This document shows positions 38,101 to 50,100 of a stretch of DNA of 64,000 nucleotides, piece after piece. Where the stretch lies: contig JAQGDQ010000006.1 of NCBI GenBank assembly GCA_030141605.1, positions 806,001 to 870,000 of the forward strand, in the 5' to 3' direction. The notes beneath the pieces were generated by a model, which saw nothing but the letters and a program-made list of their open reading frames with translations, was not told the origin of the DNA and did no database searches. The DNA is from Tubiluchus corallicola (taxonomy: Eukaryota; Animalia; Priapulida). Numbering within the stretch: the stretch's first letter is position 1; each line of letters begins with the position of its first letter. The position numbers were made by a program, and so were the translations under genes.

Positions 38101-41100
38101 TTTTATAAATGCAGCTAATGAATTATATGAGTGAGAAAATCCAAAAAATGGAGTTGAAATTTCATACAAACAGCGACAATACCTTCGCTATGGCAACAAG
38201 ACAGGTATCATTCGGGAAGATAAAAATCTGGTGAGGTGAAAGGTGGCACAAATGGAGATGTCAAGTGAGGTGTCAAAAGGATAATGATACAGGTCTGCTT
38301 GCTGAAAATAGGTGTCCATGGCAACTATACAAATTACAAATAAGTATTACATCATTGCTAAATACCGTTACAGAGACTGTTACTAAATAATACTTAAAAG
38401 AAAAAATAACACATCTCTATAATATTAAGTAAAACATCTAAAGCAGTGGCGGCTCGTAATTAAAATTAGTGAGGTGCTGCTTCAAAAAACTTGTAGCCAT
38501 TGTTTTAATATTGTATAGAATGAAACAAACACATAAAAAGAAAATTTAGTAAAAAAAACACTACCTCATACTGTACAACAGGGTCGGCAATGTGTGAGCA
38601 AAAGTGCTCTCTACCTAGCGTGCAGCTTCTTATCTCGCACCTGTGAGTATGGCCGCATGCGCACAACAGTCATACTCCCTGTCGCTGGAACTGGGAAGCA
38701 CACAGTTCCATACAAGGATTTTTGAAATTTTTTCATGAACCAGGGAATGGCTACTGACATTTAAGGATTACATGATGTACAAGCATAAAGAAAGAATTAA
38801 AAATTAAAAACTCATTATAGTGAATGTAATCGATAATATCGAGTGAAAATAGGGGGTGGTGCAATTCCGCAGTGCACCACAGAGCCACTGCTGAATTCTA
38901 AAGTATAATACAATACAAGTATGAGTCTTACTCAATCCTTCCAAGGTATTTGAACCAACTTAACAACATTTCTAACGAAATATTACACCTACAGGTAGCT
39001 GCACGTATCCTAGTACAGCGTGAAAGTTTTATTGCCCAGACTCTCCAGGTTAGAAAAAAAAAGCACAAAGTAAATTATGTTATACTGTCTTATTTTTTAA
39101 AAGAATTAGTGCATCATTATAAAATTAACCCATTTTATAATAATCCTCTAAGACCGCATTTCCAGAATATGTTATGCAATATATTTGATAAAGTATACCT
39201 GCATTCAACATCTGGTTTCAGCTTACAGTTATGTGTACAGCAAGGATCTTCAGCTCCTGAACCAATCAATCCTGCATCGCATTCTTCTCCTGGTTCCACC
39301 TGATAGTTGCCACAGAAAGCATCAGTTGATTCTAAAAATTGTGGATAAAATACAAAATAAATTGAAGGTGATTATGTGTAAAATATTGCCAAATGCTGAC
39401 CAAAGGCATAAGGTAAAGATTTAAAGACAGAAAGTAGATAATTCATGAGTGATAAAAACACTAACAAAATTGTTCAAACTTATGAATTAGAAGTAAGTTA
39501 TTTACTAAATAAGCATAGCCACAAATAATGCAATAAATTTTATTACAAAATTGTTCAAATTTAAAAAAAATCAAAATTTTTATTTCTTTTCACATACCAC
39601 TAAAACATCGAGCAGCCTTTGCCTGGAGTACAGCTCCTACAGATCTTTTACTGCACGGTGAAAACAGAAAGTTGTTTGCATAATATCCACTCACAGAATA
39701 CGTGTACATAATGTAAGAACCGTTTGGTGCCGGTGGATTACATTCCTCAGTTGCAGGATCATGTTCGCTGCCCCAGTTATGTCCTAATTCTGAAAGTAGC
39801 ATAACACATTCAATTATTTATACTTAATATCATCTTTGCAACACACCCTGTTTATTAAGAGCTGCCTATAAGCTGCAAGTACATTCAAGTTATGAATGAA
39901 GAAACCTCGCAAGGTGATGCAACATTGGCTACACTACTGATCGATGTGGACTACTAGCCCAGATAAAAATATTTACCAATCACAAAATGAAGTACACATG
40001 CCTAGCTTGTTGCACATAATGGCCACAATCAGATCCTGGTTTTTCCTCTGGTTTGCAATAGACACGGGGGACGGTTATTTACAAATAGCTGAATAATTCT
40101 AGCTGGTATCTCAACTCCAATACTTAAAATAACAGGTGACATTAATAAAGATTAATAATTCCTTTAGTTTTTCTTTAGCACAAGAGCAAGGCAGTAGCTT
40201 ACTCTGGGCACTGAATTCTTAAGAAGTAAACTGGAGACAAATAAAAGGCACACGAGCAACACATAGCTTTACCACTTGAAAAACTTTGGTAACTCAAAAT
40301 ACATCCTTATGAAATTTTGCCCACATAATCCATTCATTACCTGAAAATCTCCTGTGAAACCCATTTGCCTCACTACACTTCAATAGTTACAATTATCACA
40401 TACGGAAATATTTAAAAACCAAAAATCTGAATTGATTAACAAAATTCACAATTTTCTAATTAAGCTAAACTATAAAAATATTTAAACTGAGTTACAATTC
40501 ACATCAAACAATCACATTATCAAACATTTTAATCATACAAAAATCTGGCTATTACCACTTTGCTCTGTTACCATTACTCAAGTTGTACACAAAAAGCTTA
40601 GTGAATTCTTCTGTGTAATTCTGTATAAGAGCAAAAATTATGGCAGCTGACATTAATTTTAGTGAGGAAGTTAATTAATCTTATACGATCGACTGGCCAA
40701 AACCATTTGCGCTAAAAACATTTGGGTAATCAAAGTGTAATTTGAACAATTGTTTTCACCAATTAGTAAAGCCTGTATAGACAAGACAGCATAAACTGAA
40801 ACTTTAAATTGCGCTACCAATAAACCTACCATTACGAAGAAACATCAAAAATAGCAATATCACAGTACCGTGAGCAGTGACGATGTTTGCTTCTTTTGCA
40901 ATAACCTTACTTCCAGCAAAATTCATGGAGCTACTGAGACCTGTGTTGAGCCATAGCGTCTCATCGTCATAATATGCTATTAAGTTAAAAAAATTGATGA
41001 GAATTACCACATCAAAATGATATCAAAATGATAAATAGCCACCTATGCTCAAAGTAAGTGCGCTGAAGTAATAACGGCTAGCAATATACTACGTGAAATT

Positions 41101-44100
41101 AAGTCAAATAATAAAAGTGACTAAAATTCTAAACAATAATAAATGCTGCAGTGTTTAGTAAAATAATTACTTGTAACGTAATTATTATTTTGGTCTAACA
41201 CAAATATAATACTATGAAATGCAATGAAATTATCAAATAAGAAAGTTGCACAAACATTAAACTTGACCATTAAGAAAGTAACTATAAGATTACGATAACA
41301 TACCTTGCGTACAAATGCCTCCCACTGAGCCCCGACGAGGGGAGCCGACGTAGGCAAGACCAAGAACCCCTCCGTCAAATTTCTGATGGGTGAAAAGATG
41401 AGCCAAACAGTAGCTTCTGTAAGTACCTTTGCTAAAATGCTAAGTTAAAACATGATTAAAAAATTAATTGTGTTACAACTTACAATCATATCAGATGTTC
41501 TACAAAACATTAAGTTTGATGGAAATTATGATAGTTTCATGCACTGGGATATAGCCTATAGCCCTATACTACCAAACCTCACTGAGCTGATTTTAACTTT
41601 CTGGTAACGGCAATGATCCTTATGTGAATCTGTCTCACATAGGCATCAGATTACAAATGGAATATAAAAAGTAGGCAGTCATTTGACAAAATGATTGATT
41701 TTAAACGACCTTCAAAGGCCCTAAAAACACAGAAACTGCCTTTCACAATGATGTAAAAGTTGCACAGACATCTTGACACACCTGTTCCCCAGTTCAATCC
41801 AGTGAGCTATTTTTAAAGTTTGCAGTTCTACGTTTTTGCTAATACAAATCCACAGCACACGGAATTTCAAAATATGCACTATAGATCAGAATTTACGAAA
41901 GCTGTTTCAAGGCAACACAATAAGCGAACAAACTAACCTGCATTTCTTGAAACAGAATTAACTTGGAGAGCCCTACCGCCCTTATGAAATGAAAGTGTTT
42001 TATTTGCAGCATTCATACAATCTATTATAAATGGTGATGAAAACTACTTGTCAATAATCAATTCGACAAAAGCGACAGTTGCTATAAGAGTAGAACAAGT
42101 GTATTGTTGTTTACCTCAAAAACTTGGTATAACATAAATAATGCAGTAATGCTCTGCAGGAACTCAATCAGATCCACAAAAATGTGGCAATGTTAGATTA
42201 GTACTGAATTTTAATGAATTGTTAACAAAGATCTTGACATAGTAGCTGAAAATCCAGTTCCACTTGACAACTATATATAAAATTCCTTGCTAATGAAGCA
42301 AATGCTAAATACGAGTACACACCCTTAACAAATCTTCGACATTCCACGATGTAGGTGTCTCCATGTTATAATGTAGCTCTCTAAGTTTAAGGTTTTGCTG
42401 TGCTTCTGTATGCACTAGCATCTCTTTGATTATGAATGACATGTTAGTTATCCCACCCTCCCATTCAGTATGCTGATAGATTTGATTCACTACTTGAATT
42501 AGATTAATCTGCAAAAAACCAGATGTTTTATTATGTCCACTTGCAATGTTTTTAAGCATAAAAACATTTTCCAACATTTAAACAGGTTCTTGGTGGTACA
42601 GAATTTCAATAATGTTTTAAATAATAGTTTTGTGCTTTTACCTAATATTTCGATATAATTGCAGAAGTAGACACTGAAGAGCTCGTCTGAAAAGTCTTTT
42701 AATTTAATTACTGTATTACTGCATATACATATGCACTGTGCAATAAATGCTGAAACTTTACCATCATGGTCTTATATTATTTAAAGCATAATTTCCATTT
42801 ATGTGTAAAAACATTTTGTTTACTCAAAATTTCAATGCAAATTAAAATTACAAAATCTACATCATACCAAGTAGTTTATTGTATTATGGACACTTCCTTG
42901 CCCCATTTCGCCATGGAATTTATGATCAGCTACCAGCAAAAGAGAACAACGATTTTTCTCGCCTTCGTCTGCCTGCCGCTTTATTCGCCCATGTTTGTGT
43001 TTGGCACCATTAAGATGAATCTCATGTGCATGATTACTCTCCACATCATTGTAATCACTATCATCTTCATCATCAATGACATGGCCACCGCTTGGTGGTC
43101 TCACATAGCCGCAAAAACTAAAATGTAGATCATACTCAAATGTACCCAAATGTTCACTGTGTGTGTGTGTGTGCATGTGTGCGTGCGTGTGGCTTTCAGT
43201 TAGACTAAATGCAAACATAAATGATCATCAAATCAAGTGCCTGTACAGGCCTGTAAGTTCAACAAAACATGTAAACCCTGGCATATTAAGAGGGGTGCGA
43301 AAGTGGCGGTTCGTGTATTGGTACTGTGAAACTGCAGCACCTCCTATTTTCACTCAATATTATCGAGAATGTTCAATATAATAAGTCTTCTTTCTTTAGT
43401 TCTGTCTTTATACTTGTACAAAACCAGAGCACATGAGGGTAGTAGTGTTTGCTTCACAATATAGCACAGTGCGCTCCAGCAATGAGGTGTTTGACTATTG
43501 TATGCATGCGGTCATGCGCACATGTCTGGCCCCAAGTAGAGAAAGTACTGTCGCTCACACAGTTTGTTGTCAATTGTCACGTGCTTACTGTGAATGGATC
43601 AAGCTTGAACTGTGACAATTTAGGCTATCAGTAAGCAAAAATGTTTTTTGTATATAATTTTATCAAGTTTATGTATGAACTGTCATAGGTTTGCTTGTTA
43701 AAAATTACAATTACAAATTACAACATCAAAATTACACGTTTGTTTTGTTTTACAAAGTATTAAAACAATGGCTAAAGGTTTTCCGAAGCAGCAGCCCTGC
43801 TGATTTTAGCTACGAGCCACCATTGAGTGCAAATGGAACGCCAAAAATGTGAATGGAGTGACCTTTTGGTCGGTGCTACCCTTAAATGCTTTGGACTCAC
43901 AAGAAATAAGAATTGATTATCTTTCTGATGACAGATGACAGCAGGGCAGTAAATGCATAAAGTTTATGTTGCCAAGTAGCTGAATTTCAAAATTAAACTT
44001 GCTATGAACCTAAAAAACTTCTAACTTGTTTAGCAAATGACATGTATACAAATCTAAGAAATAAGAAACGCAAACTGAGCATTTAAATATGAGAGTTTAG

Positions 44101-47100
44101 CTAAGTTTTAATAACAGTGATTTCCTATTTTCCTTATGTAAGTTTGTCATTACCATCATAGTACATGTTCTATGTTAGCGGACTATATCTTTGCAAATAT
44201 GTGGAGACATGGAGTACCGCATACATGGTGGTGCGGCCTATACTATAGTACTAATAGCAGACTAGTAGTATTAGGCCTGAAGACTAACGAAATATGTACA
44301 TACCAAGGACTACTATACAACAGGACATGCACGCTTAGATCTCTGATTCGGCTAGCGGAGGCGATCAATACTTGCATGAACGTAATCTATAAATAGTGCT
44401 CAGCAGCATGTCTAACAAGTGTGGTGTTGTGAAATGCAAAGGTAACTGTAACTGTGACACGGAGAACAAGTGTCGTGTGTTCAGACTGCCAAGAGATCAT
44501 GTAGAAAAACAGAAATGGCTAAGTGTTCTTCCCCCACGCGAAGGCTTTGTTGTTGATCCAACAAAATTTTTCATTTGCGAAAAGCATTGGCCATCGGATA
44601 CTCAAATGGTCAAAATTCCAGGTGGTCACACCAGGCCAGTGGATCCACCCAGTATTTTCAATGTTCCAACATCATGCTTGCCCACTCCAAAGCCACCACC
44701 TCGCCCTCCAAATACTGAGGACCAGCAGCTGAATTATTTCTTTAAAAAGGATAAAATAACTTCTCTCAATGAATTCACTCCTGAGAAAGACCTGCATAAG
44801 ACGTATCAGAACCTCATTATATCTCGCACACAAGACAAATTTGTGTGCATGTTCATGGAAGAGGACCACAGTCAATGTTATATGTCAATTATTGTTCACA
44901 ATAAGCCTACTTTGTGTTCCCCTCTTACTCTGTATGCTTTCAAAAACGGGATCAGTGTGCCATTAAGTAAAATCCTCAGTCCAAACAATGGGCTGTCCTC
45001 TTACTCACAATTTTTTGCAGTTGTGAATTCTGTTGTCAACCACATTCATCATGTTGATGATATTGTCAACAAAGTGACAAAGTCTCTTGAACTTGAACTA
45101 GCTCAAAATCGAGAACAATCTCCTAGTGTTAATGCTAAAGCCAAGAAGCTCAAATTTCTAACACGACAGCTTCGACTATTATGTGATAAGACTTTCACAG
45201 TGTCTGATTATTGCTTTGCAATACAGTCATTTCCCCATTGCAATTACGAACAACTGCGTGACTTTTTAGTGTTACCCAGCAAAAGAAAGCTGCAGTCAGT
45301 TATTTCATGGACAGATATTGACAAGGTGCTAGGTAAAACATTTCAGAAAGTGAAAAGCTCTGAGCAGAAACACTGTATGCTATTGGTGGATAAAGTGAAA
45401 ATACGCCCAACAGTGGCTTTTTCAGGGGGTGTGCTAAATGGCATGGCAAAAAATGAGCCAGACAGTAAAGCTACATCAATGCTATGTGTGATGGCTAAAT
45501 GTCTACATGGTGGCCCCAGCGTGATGATATCAGTGACCCCCGTTCACAAGCTGACTGCTGCATATCAATTCTCTGTCGTGAAGGAGGCTGCTACAGTGGT
45601 TGAGAATTCAGGAGGAACTGTTTTAGGGTCCATGACGGACAACCACAAGATCAACCAACAATACTGCAAATTGTTTACCAGATGCACAGACTGGGAGGCT
45701 GAACATCCCCTGGAAAATACACGAGTGTGGTTCCTGTTGTATGATACCGTCCACATTCTGAAATGTATCAGGAACAACTGGATCAGAGATTATCGTTTGA
45801 AAAGAAAACTGTTGGCTCATTTGCTGAAGTAAAAAGTCTTTACAACGCTGAGAAAGACAATGTGCTGAAGTCAACACCTTTGACATATTCTGCAGTCTTC
45901 CCATCGAAACTCCAGCTCCAGAATGTGCAACATGTCCTGAGGGTGTTCAACGATCGTGTCGTTGCATCGCTGAGACTTCGAGGAGCCCAGGACACTGCAG
46001 AATTCATTCAGCAAGTACTACGCTGGTGGAATGTGGTAAATGTTTCTGCCAGAGGTCAAGACACGAGGATGAGAGACCCTGATCGATCTGTTCAACAAGA
46101 TACATCTGATACTCTTCAGTCGTTGTTGACTCTGTTTAAGCAAACCGAATCAGGACACGGACCAAATAGAATTGAATGCCTGACACATGATACGCGAAAA
46201 GCTTTGATTCAGACCACGGAGGGACTCCTCGCTATCTGTAGGCACTTGTTTTCTGTTGGATTTCACTACGTATTATTGCGTGAACTTCAGAGTGACAGAA
46301 TAGAGGGTGAGTTCTCAGTTTACGGGCAGTCAAGGGGGGCCAATGCATTCATGCAAGCTGGAGATGTCTGTTCAGCATTCAAGCGGAGACTGGCGCGTTT
46401 TTCTGCATCATTCCTGGAGTTTGTGGACACAGACACATCATCCGAAATCCAGTTGCACACATGCAATGGGATTGATTTCAAGGATGCCAAAATTATGGAG
46501 ATTTGTGTTGACGAGACTCTTTCCAAAACTGAACTGAACGCGTGTGCATATGTCGCAGGTTGGTTGGATAAGTGCCAAAATGACATTTCTTTTCCTGAGG
46601 ATGAGCCTCTCCTTTCTGAGGAAATGAAAATGTTCATTGAAGAAGTGTCTAGGGGAGGTCTTACAGTGCCCCACACATTCACGTTCGAATTCGTAACAAC
46701 TGGCTTGTGTTTTGTGAAGAAGTCAACTCACACAGTCTGCTGCCGCAACAAGCTCATGAACATCCTCTCCATAATCAATGCCTACTTTGATTTTGGAGAG
46801 TTTTCAAGAACTGCTCTGAGACGCCTGGCGAATGTACTGCTGCATGGACTACACAATTTGGAGAAGGATCACCAGCAGAACTCAGCCCTTTACCAGACCT
46901 CCATTAAGAAGAATCGACTAGCCGACTAATTGTAGCAAACATCTCTGCAAAATAGTGAGTGCAATAATTTCATGTATTCTAATTTACACAGAGCAACCTA
47001 TGAATGAGTTTATATAGTCCTGACAAAATGGTGTAATCTGTTTATTCTCTATAGAAAGTGACAGGTAATCTTCGGGACACAATGAGTTGCAGATATGGTG

Positions 47101-50100
47101 TGTTTTTTTTTGGGAGGGGGGGATATTATAGGTACCACTGTTTTTAAATTACTAGATGAATGAGAAATATGTTCTATGTGTATTGTGGCATGCTATATGT
47201 CACCATGGGGGGTAAATATGTCCAAATTATTAGCACTAAATGTTAAAAATTAATCGCCTCCGCTAGCCGAATCAGAGATCTGACCGTGCACGTCCTGTTG
47301 TATAGTAGTCCTTGGTACATACACAAATATTACAAACAAGATAAACGGTGAATATTTAGTGAACCATTTTAATGACAAATAAAGAATTTATATATATATA
47401 TATATATATATATATGAATGGCAGTATCAGAAATATATGCACGTGGTGTATTTTTAAAACTACCGATCTTATTTCATAACAAATTAGTAAAATGATACTA
47501 AAACTATGACCAAAACAGTGCCTTGAAAGTCCAAAATTCATTTCAATCAGTATTGTAAATGTATAAGCCTATAAATTTTGAAAATACTACTAATAATGAT
47601 GATGATAATAATGATAATGATAATAATAACAGAATTGTAAAACAACCAATCATCGAGCATGTGCGTGGGAAGTGGCGCAAAAGCATTCACTTGCAAAGGG
47701 GCACCAAAAAGTCTTAATACACCACTCATCTAAACAAACAGAAATTATGGTAGCCAGGGGGCTCACTTTCCCTACCACTTCTACAATGCTTTCATTCACA
47801 CACTCAGTCACCAAAATTGCTATTAACTTTCAGTACTACACCACTGGTTTCACAAATTAAATGACATTATCTGAACATCAGCAAAAATGTGTTTTTCACA
47901 CAACCTGCCAGCATGCATTTTTTAAAAAAATGATTTTATCGGTCTTAAAAAGCAATTAAGCAAAGAGCATAACTCAAACGACATAACAGATCAGATAATC
48001 ACCTTTCTAAAGTTTTATTTTGATCACTATACTGATTTCGAACATCCGATCCCCTGTACATAATCATGGTACCATTTTCAGCTAATGTATCATGTCTCCA
48101 CATAGGCTAAAAAGAAAATTTACATGAACAGTATAGAAAAAGCACAGAAAACTGCTGTATCAAGCTTTTTATTTAACGAAAAAGAAAACTTTTTTAAACA
48201 GGATCACCAGTAACGAATTTCTGTTTATCTACAACAAAATGTTCTGACCTCAATATAGTACGAGTCGTCAGTTGTTGAAATCGTAGCTGTCAATAAACTT
48301 GTATGATCTAAATGTGCCTGGACAGAAGACAGCCTTTCACCTGCAGACATAAACAAGTAGATAACACAAAAGGCATAAAAAAGCATGAACTGTGATGCAC
48401 ATCATAACAGTAAGATAATTATGCATAGAAAATTAGACAATGCACCAGTCACATTGACGAACGTTTATAAAAGTTTTTAAATACAAAAATACAGGGGGTA
48501 CAAAAACAACAAGTAACAGTACAGAACAATTTATTACATCAAAGTATTGCTGAAACAGTAGAGAATGTGTCAAGCTTTCAAGATTTTCGGGTAAGCCTTA
48601 ACACACTTCACAAAATTTTGAGGGATATGACTGAAGGATTCTAAGATCCTTCAACACTTGCTGCAGATGTCTTTCAAGCTCGTCTGCTGAGTACCAATCA
48701 GTGGCACATTCTTTTGCCGTCGTGACATACCACTCTGTTTTTCAGAATAGCTTCAATGTGTTCGGCTCTGCTGAAGTCCAGTGAATATTTATGCCTTTTG
48801 TTCAGTCAATAAAAATTAATCCCAATTTTTTCAGGTCACTGATCTGGTGAATCTCTTCAATACTCAGGTTATGCGACTTCCACACTAAATATCGAGAGCA
48901 TGATAGATTCTCTATTGTATTAGCCTTATTTTGATAAAATAAAAAGTTCCGTGCTATTACTCAATGTCTTTAGCCCCATAGAAAAAGGTTATGTATCACC
49001 CTGTAAATCAATAATGTAAAATAATAATACATTTGCGCTATTAGCACTATATGCACACTTTGATTAGTAAACAGTTATTCAGTAAACTAAACTAAAACGT
49101 ACCAAAAACATGTCCAGAATAAAAATTTTCTGGGTCAACATAAACTGGCTGCTTTTTTCCACGTCCATCAACTGCAAATGCCTTAAAATGCTGAGAAAGT
49201 AGACCAACTGTAGGCTGCAGATACAATCTAAAATTCCTTAGTATTAAAAAAACAAGTTTTTAAATTAACAGAAATACACTTAATTAAATACATTTTTAGG
49301 TAATGCACAAGCCCTGGACATCAGCATCAAATTTTAGAAAGAAACTGTGGAGAGGTAGCACTTCAAAAATTTTGTGGGGTTACCCCCAAAAGTACCCCCT
49401 GAAGGACGAAAGTGGAGAAAAGTCTCTGTTACTGTGTTGATAGTTCCCCAGTGTACATACCTAACAGTTCAGCTCTTCAGCTTATCGTTCATTAGTCATT
49501 CTGAAGCCATAGCACTTTTTGGAATTTAAGGGGTTACCACTTCTAAACCCTCTATGAGGGAATTTGCAAAATTCAGGCTCTATCAAAACCTTGATAGAAA
49601 AGCCTTAGCTTTATGAAACTTTATCATTTTTTACCAAATACATACAACAAGAATTAGCACAAAGACAACAATACGGGTAAGTACTACGCACTGAACCTAC
49701 ATCCAGTTTAAAAAAAACACAACAATACATATGCATTCATACGTATTTTACTTTTTACTAGTTTTAAGCATTTTCCTATTTTCCACAATGATTCTGTAAG
49801 TAAGCCACACAATTCTTAGCAAAATTAACAAAACAATCGTTTGAGCGATTTTAAATGAGTGAAAGTGACTTACATTTATGAAAATCATTCACCATGACCT
49901 ATATTCACCAAAGAACAAAGGGAAATTTGATGTACAAACTAAGACAAATAAGAAAAAATATAGCTTTTTTTAGTAAAATATTATACACACCTTCCCAAAG
50001 CTTTAAATTTGAGCTCTTTTATGTGATCAGCTTTGCCTCTGGTTCCTCGCTTTTCTATGTTGTGATGTATAGATGAAGCGTGAAGAGTTTCATAATGGTC

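Noticed and set aside
43286-43885. TTAA-flanked (Kolobok/piggyBac-like) element enclosing the MITE
   Set aside because: The inverted ends match too poorly to support.
45763-45832. Programmed -1 ribosomal frameshift in the transposase
   Set aside because: No in-frame X XXY YYZ heptamer or evident downstream structure. A small deletion is the simpler explanation.
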